This document shows, piece after piece, positions 39,108-48,600 of a stretch of 64,000 nt of DNA; within the stretch, counting starts at the first letter, position 1, and every line of letters starts with the position of its first letter. Under the pieces are notes generated by a model. It did no database searches. It saw only the letters and a list, made by a program, of their open reading frames with translations, and had not been told where the DNA came from. Position numbers and translations under genes: made by a program. The stretch lies in the NCBI GenBank assembly GCA_965263175.1, contig OZ253587.1:234579-298578 (forward strand), read 5' to 3'. The DNA comes from Chloroflexota bacterium. Its GTDB lineage: Bacteria; Chloroflexota; UBA11872.

Positions 39108-40304
39108 ATGCGCGAGATGCAGGCCGAACCCATCGTGTGGACAATCGGCGACGCCCCCTCGTACAGCTTGAGCGCTCGCGATCTTCGCTTAAGCCCTTGG
39201 ACGTGCGCCGAGTTCTTTGCTGGAACTGGGCTTGTTCGCGCAGCTCTGGCACCGGTTGGCTTTTCCGTCGTCTGGGCGAACGACAACAGCCCAGCAAAGC
39301 GGAACCTCTACCACGACAACTTCGGGGACTCGGAGTTTCGGTTCGACGACGTGAGAAACGTTCGCGGCGACCAGTTGCCTAGGGTCGACCTAGCGAGTGC
39401 GTCATTTCCTTGCGTCGATCTCTCACTTGCCGGGTCGCGCCGTGGGATTCACACCGGCGAATCAAGCATGTTCTGGGAATTTGTCCGGGTCATGGAAGAG
39501 ATGGGTGACCGACAGCCTTCGGCCCTCTTGGTCGAAAATGTGCTGGGATTCGCATCGTCCGCCAATGGCAGAGACCTCGAGGCGGCTATTGCTGGACTAA
39601 ACGGTCTTGGCTATTCCTGCGACGCGTTTGTGGTTGATGCGCGTCATTTCGTTCCGCAAAGTCGGAAGCGCCTGTTTCTCGTCGCGTGGAAAGGCGTCCC
39701 TGACCTTACGGATATGTGGGTTCCTTCAGAATTGCGTCCGAAGTGGCTATGCGACTTCATGCACTCGCATCGACATCTGGGAGTTCATCCGTTGCCAATG
39801 GCCGCCGCGCCGCCAGGCCCCCGGTCGCTGGACGGCATCGTCGAACGTTTGGCACCAGATGACGAGCGGTGGTGGGGCAAGGAGAGACAGCGCCGATTTA
39901 TCGACTCGCTATCGGAGGTGCAGACAGCGCGGCTGAATTCGCTGGTCGCGTCGCACCGGGTCAACTGGCGCACTTCGTACCGGCGGACCAGGGCCGGAGT
40001 TGCCAGATGGGAAATACGGCGTGACGCGATCGCGGGTTGTCTGCGCACGACGCGCGGAGGGTCTAGTAAGCAAGCGCTGGTGGAAGCGGGTCAAGGCAAT
40101 GTCCGCGTTCGTTGGCTGACGAGCCGTGAGTACGGCCGGCTCCAGGGCGTTACTGACGACTACAAAATCGACGGTGTGACAAACAATGAGGCCATGTTTG
40201 CTTTCGGAGACGCAGTTTGCGTGCCAGTCGTACGTTGGATAGCTCAAAACTATCTGACGCCATTGTTGAGTAGGGGGCTGCTCCGAGTTGCCGCAGCGTC
40301 GTAA
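39108..40304 (+). CDS. DNA (cytosine-5)-methyltransferase
   Basis: FFAGTG, SFPC, ENV, PQSRKR, RLQG and FGDAV motifs. Confidence 0.95.
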   Translation: MREMQAEPIVWTIGDAPSYSLSARDLRLSPWTCAEFFAGTGLVRAALAPVGFSVVWANDNSPAKRNLYHDNFGDSEFRFDDVRNVRGDQLPRVDLASASFPCVDLSLAGSRRGIHTGESSMFWEFVRVMEEMGDRQPSALLVENVLGFASSANGRDLEAAIAGLNGLGYSCDAFVVDARHFVPQSRKRLFLVAWKGVPDLTDMWVPSELRPKWLCDFMHSHRHLGVHPLPMAAAPPGPRSLDGIVERLAPDDERWWGKERQRRFIDSLSEVQTARLNSLVASHRVNWRTSYRRTRAGVARWEIRRDAIAGCLRTTRGGSSKQALVEAGQGNVRVRWLTSREYGRLQGVTDDYKIDGVTNNEAMFAFGDAVCVPVVRWIAQNYLTPLLSRGLLRVAAAS

Positions 40305-40989
40305 AACAAAGACTCCACCTGATGTTGAGGATATGCTTAATGGTCTCAAGGAACTGTTAAACACTCCTGATAGCACTGGAAGTAAGATCGGCGCTTCAAA
40401 GTATGGAGTTTACGTACTATATGATTACGATGGCGAGCCCATTTATGTTGGTCAAACATCGGAGAGAATCCGAGTTAGGATTCGTCGCCACTTGTCAAAC
40501 CAACGGACGGACGCCGTAGCGATGTCGGTGCTTGATCCGATGGAAGTTGCTGAAGTTGAAGTCTGGCCGTTGCGGGTTCTAGAGAGTGAGACCAGCAAGG
40601 AAAAGATAAAGCACCTCTTGAACCAGTCTGAACAGGCAGTCCTGCAGCGAGCCATCCGTCAATCCTCTTTTGGTGCTGTCTTGAATGAGGGTGAAATCGC
40701 CTCCGCTGAACCGGCTCCGCTTGGCGAGTCGGTGCGCAGGCGCATCATTTCAAGCGAAGCGTTTGAACGCAATCTCCATCCTGACTTGCGAATTGCGCGA
40801 CGAGCCGCGACTATCGCAAGTCTTGCGAAGGTGGTAAGTCAACGAGATGTATCGATTGGGCTGCGTCGCGCCCTTGTAACCCAGGCACGACGGATGGAAG
40901 CGCTTGCTCGTAGCCGTCTGGCCGAGGCTGGCGTTGACTATGATGAGTGGCTTCGTGAGCTAAAGGACGACGGTTCCTCGAATGCCTGA
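40288..40989 (+). CDS. GIY-YIG nuclease (candidate restriction endonuclease)
   Basis: GVYVLYD...IYVGQT...RIRRH; overlaps both the MTase and vsr. Confidence 0.85.
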   Translation: MPQRRKTKTPPDVEDMLNGLKELLNTPDSTGSKIGASKYGVYVLYDYDGEPIYVGQTSERIRVRIRRHLSNQRTDAVAMSVLDPMEVAEVEVWPLRVLESETSKEKIKHLLNQSEQAVLQRAIRQSSFGAVLNEGEIASAEPAPLGESVRRRIISSEAFERNLHPDLRIARRAATIASLAKVVSQRDVSIGLRRALVTQARRMEALARSRLAEAGVDYDEWLRELKDDGSSNA

Positions 40990-41416
40990 TACGTATGGCC
41001 CGGAAGTGCGGCGTCGGGTGATGCGCAGCGTAAAGTCCTCAAACACGAAGCCAGAGCTACTCCTTCGTCGGAAGCTCTGGTCGATCGGACTGCGCGGATG
41101 GCGGGTAAACAGGTCTAATCTCCCAGGGAAGCCCGATATCGTGTTTGGTCCTGCGCGCGTCGCGGTATTTGTTGATGGCGCCTTCTGGCACGGGCATCCG
41201 ACAAAATACTGGCCAGGCCGGTGCGGGCTGTATTGGGACAAGAAAATTCAGCGAAATATGAGCCGTGATCGCGAGGTCAATCAGAAGCTGATTACCGACG
41301 GGTGGAGCGTCGTTAGGGCGTGGGACTTCGAGATCGAGAAAGATCTCGCATCTGTTGCGCAGCGCGTGCAACAGCTTGTAGCCGAGAGAACCCTCAGCTT
41401 TCGAGCGAGCGCTTAA
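40982..41416 (+). CDS. vsr: very short patch repair endonuclease
   Basis: MRSVKSSNTKPE, LPGKPDIVF, FVDGAFWHG and WDKKIQRN. Confidence 0.95.
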   Translation: MPDTYGPEVRRRVMRSVKSSNTKPELLLRRKLWSIGLRGWRVNRSNLPGKPDIVFGPARVAVFVDGAFWHGHPTKYWPGRCGLYWDKKIQRNMSRDREVNQKLITDGWSVVRAWDFEIEKDLASVAQRVQQLVAERTLSFRASA

Positions 41417-42345
41417 CCCGCCTGCTCCTGCAGCTCGGCCACGCGCTCCAGGGCTTCGGCCCAGACGTCGGGTGGGATGGCTGAGGTGGCCTCGCGGACG
41501 TTGGTTTCCATCTCGTAGGCCGAGGCCGCGCCGGTGAGGACCACGTCGATGTCCTCGTTGGCCAGCACGAAGCGCATGTTCAGGTGGCGCAGGTCCACCT
41601 GGCGTTCGCGGCACCAGGCGTACCAGTCGCGGGCGCATTGGATGTCTTCCTGCGGGTACAGCTCGGTGAGGCTGGGCCGGACTTTGAGGGCGATCATTGG
41701 GTCGCCGTGCGCCAGCAGGCCCTGCATCTGCGGCGAGCCCAGGATCACGCCCACGCCGTTGGCCTTGGCGTGGCGGATCAGCGGCGCGGCTGATTGGCGC
41801 ACCAGGCTGTAGTCGGCGTAGGTCAGGATTGCGTCTACCCGGCCGGCGTCGATGGCCTGGCGGTGGTAGTCGTGATCGCGCACGCCCAGCCCGATGGCTT
41901 CCAGGCGGCCTTCGTCGCGCAGGGCCTCCAGCGTGTCAAAGCCGTCGCCGGCGGCCATCACCGGCTCCATGGTGGGCGGGTCGTGAATTAGCACCAGGTC
42001 AAGACGCTCGCGTCCCAGCAGCCGTGAACTGTCATCCAGCGACCAGCGCAGATCCTCGGCCTTGTAGCTCCATTGCCGGCTGGGATGCGATCCGACCTTG
42101 GTGGAGATGAGCAGCTCCGGAAGTTCCATGCCCTGCATGGCCTTCCCCAGATTCTCCTGGCTGTTGCCGTAGAGCGGCGACGTATCCAGGTAGCGCACGC
42201 CCAGGTCGTACAGGCGCTGCAGCGTGGCGCGCACCTCGTCCACGGTGATGGCGTGAACCATGCCGCCCATGTGCGCGGCGCCCAGGGCCAGACGGGTTGG
42301 GAAAAGGTTGGTCCGGCCCAGGCGGCGTCGTTCCAGCGCGCTCAT
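41413..42345 (-). CDS. aldo/keto reductase
   Basis: RRRLGRT, YLDTSPLYG, ISTKVG and LIHD. Confidence 0.92.
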   Translation of the reverse strand: MSALERRRLGRTNLFPTRLALGAAHMGGMVHAITVDEVRATLQRLYDLGVRYLDTSPLYGNSQENLGKAMQGMELPELLISTKVGSHPSRQWSYKAEDLRWSLDDSSRLLGRERLDLVLIHDPPTMEPVMAAGDGFDTLEALRDEGRLEAIGLGVRDHDYHRQAIDAGRVDAILTYADYSLVRQSAAPLIRHAKANGVGVILGSPQMQGLLAHGDPMIALKVRPSLTELYPQEDIQCARDWYAWCRERQVDLRHLNMRFVLANEDIDVVLTGAASAYEMETNVREATSAIPPDVWAEALERVAELQEQAG

Positions 42346-42349
42346 CGGA

Positions 42350-43399
42350 CTACACCCAGCCGTGCTGAATCTGTACGGGCTCGCCGGCGGCTTGCGCGGA
42401 CCAACTCTCGCCGGACTCCAGCATGACCTCGCTGCGGGTCATCTCTGACGTCTCCGCAGCCAGCAGAATCTCCATGATGTGGCGGCCGTACTCGCCCGGT
42501 ACAGGGCTTTCGATGCCCTGGTCGATGGCCTCGGCGAAGCGTCCCCACTCCAGCCGCATGTTTTGCGGCCAGTACTCGTAGTCCACTTCTTCCCACGTGT
42601 TGCCCAGGCCAATCCAGAGACCGCGGCCCGACGCGCTATGAGCAAACTTCAGGCTGCCGTAGGCGCAAATGATATGCGTGTCGTGGATCGGGCCGCCGTC
42701 GGCGTAGCCAACGGAAACCGCTACCCCGGCCAGACCGTTCTTGTACCGGATGAAGGCCGTGGCCGAATCGTCGCCGGCCTGGTAGTGCGCACGCGTTCCA
42801 ATTGAAGCCGACACCGACATGGCCTGGGATCCCATGAACCACGTGACCCGGTCCACCACGTGCACGCCATTGCTGAGCCACATGCCCCCGCCGTGATAGC
42901 GGCTGCGGTATTGCGGCCGCCGGCCGGCGTGGTTCCAGTTCTTGGACATGTAGCTCACGATGGTGATCAGCGGTCCCAGCTGCCCTGAATCCAGAATTTC
43001 CTTGGCCTTGATGTTCACGGGCAGGAAGTGGTTGGTCAGGCCGACCATGAGCTTTACGCTGTTGGCGCGGGCGGCTTCGATCATCTCGTCGCACTGCTCC
43101 AGCGTGAGCGCCATGGGCTTCTCCACCAGCACGTGCTTGCCGGCGTTCAGCGCATCCACGCTCAGGCGATGATGCAGCTGGTGACCCAGCACCACGCCCA
43201 CGGCGTCGATCTCGGGATCCTGCAAAAGCTCGGTGTGCGACGCGTAGCCCTTGGGGACGTCGTAGGTGTCCATGAACTGGGCGCGCGTGGCTTCGATCAG
43301 GTCGGCGCAGGCCACAAGCTCTACGTCTTCCAACTGCGCGATGCCGTCGGCGTGGGAGCGGGCGATGCCGCCTAAACCAATGAGTCCAACTCGTAGCAT
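42350..43399 (-). CDS. Gfo/Idh/MocA oxidoreductase
   Basis: VGLIGLGGIA, GKHVLVEKPM and GGGMWLSNGVH. Confidence 0.93.
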   Translation of the reverse strand: MLRVGLIGLGGIARSHADGIAQLEDVELVACADLIEATRAQFMDTYDVPKGYASHTELLQDPEIDAVGVVLGHQLHHRLSVDALNAGKHVLVEKPMALTLEQCDEMIEAARANSVKLMVGLTNHFLPVNIKAKEILDSGQLGPLITIVSYMSKNWNHAGRRPQYRSRYHGGGMWLSNGVHVVDRVTWFMGSQAMSVSASIGTRAHYQAGDDSATAFIRYKNGLAGVAVSVGYADGGPIHDTHIICAYGSLKFAHSASGRGLWIGLGNTWEEVDYEYWPQNMRLEWGRFAEAIDQGIESPVPGEYGRHIMEILLAAETSEMTRSEVMLESGESWSAQAAGEPVQIQHGWV

Positions 43400-43767
43400 C
43401 TCGGTGGTTACCCATGCGAATGGCTGTCTGGACGGTGCCAGCCGCACTCGTACGCGTCAATTGCACACAGGTGATCCGCGCAGGGTAGGGCAGGTCTGGA
43501 CACGCCCGGACTGCGTCGGAGCATGGGCACGTCATCCAAGTCGACGTCGAGTGAATGATCGGCTTGATGCTCAACTCGGTGAGCGCCGCCGTTACGATTG
43601 CCGTGGCCGTCGATCGGTAGTGGACCTGACCGACCAAGTCAGAGGGTTTCGGTCCGGTCGATTACCCTCGATTGCGGCATTGGCCAAAGCTATCCAGAAC
43701 TCCAGCCCTCCGACTGATTCCCGCGGGAATCCGGGTACCATTGGCAACCAGCTGCAGGAGTCATTCC

Positions 43768-43992
43768 GTGATATCCAGGCGTCGAGCCATTCGTGGTGCG
43801 CCGGTTGTGCTGGCGGCCTTGGGCATGGGCGCGGTTGCTGCGTGCAGCGGCTCCGACAGCGACGCTCCCGGGCAATTCAACTTTCCCAGGGTTCGCGATG
43901 GGCATCAGTACTACCTTTCCGAAGAGGAACGCGCGAAACTGCAGAAGCAGGCCGCCGGTGGCTACACTCCGACCGCCGCGGCCGGTAGCTAG
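43768..43992 (+). CDS. tiny Tat-lipoprotein, paralog 1
   Basis: AGGAG RBS plus GTG start; SRRR and VAAC lipobox; shares PG..FP.R and SEEER.KL with its neighbours. Confidence 0.72.
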   Translation: MISRRRAIRGAPVVLAALGMGAVAACSGSDSDAPGQFNFPRVRDGHQYYLSEEERAKLQKQAAGGYTPTAAAGS

Positions 43993-44010
43993 CAAGCTCG
44001 GCTGGGACGA

Positions 44011-44226
44011 GTGTTGTCACGGGGGGCTTTGCTCAGGTTCGCCCCGATCGCGGCGGCTGGGCTTGTGGTGCCGGGCGCCTGCGGTAACCGGACCGATGAG
44101 CCGGGCGGCTACGCGTTTCCCAGGCAGCGGCCCAGCAGCACCGACAACATGAGTGAAGAAGACCGCGAGAAGTTGCGCCAGCAGTCGTCGGATCGGTCTC
44201 AGCCATCGGCCACAGCCGGAAGTTAG
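44011..44226 (+). CDS. tiny lipoprotein, paralog 2
   Basis: SRGALL...GACG, then TDEPGGYAFPRQRPSS and MSEEDREKLRQ. Confidence 0.72.
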   Translation: MLSRGALLRFAPIAAAGLVVPGACGNRTDEPGGYAFPRQRPSSTDNMSEEDREKLRQQSSDRSQPSATAGS

Positions 44227-44247
44227 ATGCCCGCGAAGGTCCGGCTG

Positions 44248-44493
44248 ATGTGTTCGCGGCGGGCGCTGCTGCGCCTGGCGCCGGCTGCTGTGGCTGGCTT
44301 GGCGGTCCTGGGCGCCTGCGGCAGCAGTACCGATGAGCCGGGCGGCTACGCGTTTCCCAAGCAGCGGCCCAGCAGCGACGACTACATGAGCGAGGAAGAG
44401 CGCGAGAAGCTGCGCCAGAAATCCGCCGCTGACGCCGCCGAACGCGAGCGCCAGAAGGCCCAGCAGTCAACTCCCGCCAGCGGAGGCGGCTAG
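44248..44493 (+). CDS. tiny Tat-lipoprotein, paralog 3
   Basis: SRRALL...LGACG, then TDEPGGYAFPKQRPSS and MSEEEREKLRQ. Confidence 0.75.
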   Translation: MCSRRALLRLAPAAVAGLAVLGACGSSTDEPGGYAFPKQRPSSDDYMSEEEREKLRQKSAADAAERERQKAQQSTPASGGG

Positions 44494-44551
44494 CCGCGTA
44501 AGCTTGCCGAGTGCGCTCGCGACGGCGGCGTCTTCGCTCCGAGGTTTGCGT

Positions 44552-45322
44552 ATGGGTGTCCTGGATCGATTCAGCCTGGCCGGTAGGACCGCGTTGGTTA
44601 CGGGCGGCGGGACTGGCATTGGCAAGGCGCTGGCGATTGGGTTTGCCGAGGCTGGCGCGTCGGTGGCGGTGTGCGGCCGAACGCAGGCGACGCTGGACGA
44701 CACGGCCGCCGCGATTGAGGCCGCCGGTCAGTCCGCGCTGGCCTTGACCGCCGATGTGACGCAGCCCGACCAGGTGCAGGCGCTGATCGACTCGATCCTC
44801 GGTGCCTGGGGCCGGCTGGACGTTGCCTGCAACAACGCCGGGGTGAATAACTGGGTGGATGCGGCGGAGATGTCGGAAGAGGACTGGGACTGGATTTACG
44901 ACACCAACGTCAAGGGCGCGTTTCTCTGCTCGCAGGCGGAAGGCCGCGCGATGATTGCCGCCGGCCGCGGCTCGATCATCAACCTGGCCTCGATATCCGC
45001 CCGGATCACCAATCGCCCGCAGCCTCAGTCCCACTACAACTCGTCCAAGGCCGCGCTGGTGCAGCTCACCAAGTCGCTGGCTGCTGAGTGGGCGGAACAC
45101 GGCGTGCGGGTCAACTCGCTGAGCCCCGGCTACACCCGCACCGAAATGGCCGACGCCCCCCGCACCCGCGAGGCCCAGCCGATCTGGAAGCGCGACACGC
45201 CGCTGGGTCGCATGGCCGAGGTGGAGGAACTGCAGGGCGCCGTGGTGTTCCTGGCCTCCGACGCCTCCTCCTACGTCACCGGCCACGACCTGATCGTGGA
45301 TGGCGGCTTCACCGTCTGGTAG
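44552..45322 (+). CDS. short-chain dehydrogenase/reductase
   Basis: TGGGTGIG, NNAG, YNSSK and VDGG. Confidence 0.95.
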   Translation: MGVLDRFSLAGRTALVTGGGTGIGKALAIGFAEAGASVAVCGRTQATLDDTAAAIEAAGQSALALTADVTQPDQVQALIDSILGAWGRLDVACNNAGVNNWVDAAEMSEEDWDWIYDTNVKGAFLCSQAEGRAMIAAGRGSIINLASISARITNRPQPQSHYNSSKAALVQLTKSLAAEWAEHGVRVNSLSPGYTRTEMADAPRTREAQPIWKRDTPLGRMAEVEELQGAVVFLASDASSYVTGHDLIVDGGFTVW

Positions 45323-45587
45323 AGCTGCCGGCCTTGGCGCCACGCGCGCCTGCCGGTCGGACCTGATCGTGGGGGGATATAGGCGAGCGACGGTTTTTCG
45401 CGGATTCGCGGATTTGCGGGGCCGGGAGCGGGGCGTGCGGAGAAGGGTATGGATGCCCGCGTAGGCGAGCATGACGGACAGGAGCCGGCGGCCAGTGGTC
45501 CGTGGGGAGTCGGCGGGAGCAGCGGGTAGGAGTTCGTGAAGCGGCGATGGAGGCGGGCGTGCCGGGCGAGGGTGGGCCCCCGGGACG

Positions 45588-45650
45588 GGACGCCAAACGG
45601 ACGAGGCAAGCCGCCAAGCGGACGAGGAAGGACGCCAAGCGGAGAAAGGG
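45588..45650. repeat. 3 x 21-bp imperfect tandem repeat (intergenic)
   Basis: GGACGCCAAACGGACGAGGCA / AGCCGCCAAGCGGACGAGGAA / GGACGCCAAGCGGAGAAAGGG. Confidence 0.7.
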
Positions 45651-46103
45651 CGCAAGCACAGGGTCTCCGGGCGGTGGTTTCGTTAGCGGCAGGCCTAGTG
45701 TACACTGAGTGATTACAGAGGTCAAGCCTACCCGCGGCCGAGGAGCGGATCACTTCGATCAGGGTCTGGCGGGTTCCCTCTCCTTCAAATCCCTCGCTTT
45801 GCTTGCTCCTCCCGTCCGGGGTGTCCAGGCGAGGGCCGCGGTGAACAGGTGTTCAGCAGGTCCCGGCAAAGTGTTCGGAAAGTCCCCGAATGTGTTCACC
45901 ATGTCTCTGACCAGGTGCTCGCGACGTTCCCGGTCCGCACACCGGGGGAGGGCAGGGGGCAGGCGGATTGCAGGGGCCGAACTCCACCTGGAATAACGCG
46001 ACCCGCTGCCCGCTGGTGAGGCGAGTGGCCCACGCCGGCCAGGGTTTTTGTCGTAAACGCCCCAATGGGAGCGGCGAAACCGGCTACGACTACCGACCAC
46101 TGG

Positions 46104-46544
46104 TTACTGCCGGCCGCCCAGGGGCACGTCGCGGTCTTCGTCGAGGTCCAGGCGGTCGAACTGACGGCTCAGGTCGGTGCGGTGGGACTGGCCGATGTCG
46201 GCCATGAACTGCCAGTAGCGCTCGCGCGCCACGTCGTCGTCCGGCGTCCTCGTCATCATTTGATGGTTGAACGCCATGATCTCGGTGGCGGACCGCGGCG
46301 TCATCCGGGCCTTGACCCAGGCCCAGACCTCGTCGTCGCTTGATCGGGCCGCTACGGCGTCCACGAAGTCCCGCGGTTCGATTCCCAGGAACTCCAGAAG
46401 CATGCCGGAAAACCCGGTGCGCGAGAGATAGTCTCCCAGCGTTCCGGAGATCTCGGCGCGTACCTTGTCGATGGCCCGCGGCAGGAACACGATCCCGTGC
46501 ATGGACTCATACGGACTGCGTGGTATCCCGTTTACCAGATCCAT
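46104..46544 (-). CDS. DUF5069 domain protein
   Basis: PRSPY...LPRAIDKVRA...FLGI...FDRLDLDE. Confidence 0.8.
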   Translation of the reverse strand: MDLVNGIPRSPYESMHGIVFLPRAIDKVRAEISGTLGDYLSRTGFSGMLLEFLGIEPRDFVDAVAARSSDDEVWAWVKARMTPRSATEIMAFNHQMMTRTPDDDVARERYWQFMADIGQSHRTDLSRQFDRLDLDEDRDVPLGGRQ

Positions 46545-46721
46545 TGTGTACCTCTCTCCGACGGAGACCTTTGAATAATGCGCCCCGAGCAGCGCCGAGG
46601 GACGGCCGCCGCCCCTCGATAGGGTAGCGAGGGGTGAGGTCGCTCGGGTGGGCGCCCAGCGAGCCCGGCACCGGCCGAACCGAGGTAGAGGTCACAGAGG
46701 CGACGAACGCCCGCCCCTTGA

Positions 46722-46868
46722 CTGATCGTCATGCGCAGCTGGGGCGACTGGATCAACGGCGGCCCCGAACCCGAAACCAGCGGCCCCCAAAACCTCCAAA
46801 TCATCGGCGCCCTCGACGCCCTCCTCCAATCCACCCTCTCCGGCAAAACCGAACCCGTCCACCTATAG
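46722..46868 (+). pseudogene. C-terminal fragment of a Gfo/Idh/MocA oxidoreductase
   Basis: LIVMRSWGDWINGGPEPETSGPQNLQIIGALDALLQSTLSGKTEPVHL*, preceded by an in-frame stop. Confidence 0.55.
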
Positions 46869-47125
46869 GGAGCGTCCCTTTGTCGGTGCTTGCAGGCGGC
46901 CATTGCTGCGATCCTCTACCCACCCAGTTCTTTAGGCGACAGCCCTGGAATCAGCACGAAGCCATACCTCAGGCTACGCAGCCCGAATCGCCCAACGCCT
47001 TAACGGCGTCTAGCAGCTAGAATGCGGGCAGGGGCTATTTCTGAAACAGTGAGGGATCCCATGCGTGTCCGCCGTTCCTCCAGGTGGCTTGGATGGCTCT
47101 GAAGTCAACGGCCCAGGATATCCTG

Positions 47126-48577
47126 ATGGGTCTAGCTACTGGTGACTTGAGCGCTATAACAGAGTTGAAGGTTTCTGGGTTTGCATCCTGTAGTGCTCCT
47201 CAATCCGTAGATATACGGCCTCTTACAGTTCTGGCCGGTGCCAATAGCACCGGAAAATCCAGCGCGATCAAGCCCCTTTTGATGCTGAAGCAAACACTTG
47301 ATGACAACACGGACTCGGGACCGCTCTCGATCTCTGGAGACAACGTACAATTTGCAAGCTTTGATGAAATCTTTACACACGTATCAGAAGATATCCACAA
47401 GGATACTTTCTCTGTGACATTGGAAATGGCACGCGGAAAACTAGAACTGGATTTCTCCCGTAAAACAGACTCAGACTTAGTTATTAGCAAGGCAATATAC
47501 GAGCTATCACACAATGACTTCGAGAACAGACTCATGCTAACCCCAAGCATGTCTTCCAATGATATTGAGTCACAGATTTCCGATAATATCAAGGACGAAG
47601 CCTCAAGAAATGCATATCCTTTCCAAGTTTCAGCCAACTATGATTATAATATCTCAGAACTGATAAAGACGATAGATGATAAACTGGATGTGAGTGCTGA
47701 GACCATAGCGGGTCTTAGGAGTCGGGCTGGTAGTGATCTTCGCGGTGCGCATTGGGAAGTTAAGCGACAGCGCTGCTTTCTCGTCGCCTCTTTTACTTCC
47801 TTTGGGAGGGATCACTATGTAATAAATCCGTCGAGCCTTCCTACCTGCAACTTTGCCTCAGCCATCAAAAATACACTCCACATTCCAGCCTTCCGCAGAA
47901 GAAACATCCGCAATCATCGGAGATCAGACGTAAGAGGAAGGTTCGCCGTCACTAGCTTTCCGGGGACGTTTGAGGACTATACAGCGTCCGTTGTTTCAGC
48001 TTGGGAAGCGGATGGGGACGAGCGGCTGGCTAGATTGATTGAATCATTGAAAGATTTGGGTCTCACATCGAAAGTATCCACCAATCGGATTAGCGACATT
48101 GAGATAGAACTCCGTATCGCCCGGCCTGGGCGGAGAGATTCAACCGACAGACCAGAGATGATCAGTCTGGCCGATGTGGGCATCGGAGTCTCCTACGTCC
48201 TACCAGTGCTAGTAGCACTGGAGGCGGCGGCTCCCGGTCAGATCGTCTACGTGGAACAGCCAGAAAGTCATCTGCACCCGCGGGCGGAATACGGCTTGGC
48301 AAAAGCGCTGGCAAGGGCCGCAAGCAGGGGAGTCCGCGTGATCGCTGAAACCCACAGTTCCTTGCTTCTGCTCCATATCCAGACGTTAGTCGCTCGCGGC
48401 GAATTGGAGCCGAGTAAGGTCGGACTGCATTGGTTTTCGCTGGACGAGGATGGGTTTACGAAGATCGAATTCGTGCAGCCCGACGAACACGGCAGAACCG
48501 GCGATTGGCCTGAGGATTTTGCGGATACCGAGATGCACGCCAGTTCTCAATTCATACGCGCCGCGCGCGGGCGTTAG
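47126..48577 (+). CDS. ABC-type AAA ATPase (AAA_15/AAA_21, DUF3696-like C-terminus)
   Basis: LTVLAGANSTGKSS, DVGIGVS, EQPESHLHP and ETHS; lower GC than the flanks. Confidence 0.88.
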   Translation: MGLATGDLSAITELKVSGFASCSAPQSVDIRPLTVLAGANSTGKSSAIKPLLMLKQTLDDNTDSGPLSISGDNVQFASFDEIFTHVSEDIHKDTFSVTLEMARGKLELDFSRKTDSDLVISKAIYELSHNDFENRLMLTPSMSSNDIESQISDNIKDEASRNAYPFQVSANYDYNISELIKTIDDKLDVSAETIAGLRSRAGSDLRGAHWEVKRQRCFLVASFTSFGRDHYVINPSSLPTCNFASAIKNTLHIPAFRRRNIRNHRRSDVRGRFAVTSFPGTFEDYTASVVSAWEADGDERLARLIESLKDLGLTSKVSTNRISDIEIELRIARPGRRDSTDRPEMISLADVGIGVSYVLPVLVALEAAAPGQIVYVEQPESHLHPRAEYGLAKALARAASRGVRVIAETHSSLLLLHIQTLVARGELEPSKVGLHWFSLDEDGFTKIEFVQPDEHGRTGDWPEDFADTEMHASSQFIRAARGR

Positions 48578-48600
48578 CGCTATAACTTACTAGTTATCAG

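Noticed and set aside
43616-43633. Extra GGTAGTGG IS end
   Set aside because: Lacks the TTTGA part; no partner end or TSD found.
43716-43732. GATTCCCGCGGGAATC palindrome as a specific operator
   Set aside because: Equally explained as a collapsed REP; no supporting evidence.
43768-44493. Micro-lipoproteins as substrates of the halogenase
   Set aside because: They lie about 30 kb away with no linkage evidence; unsupported.
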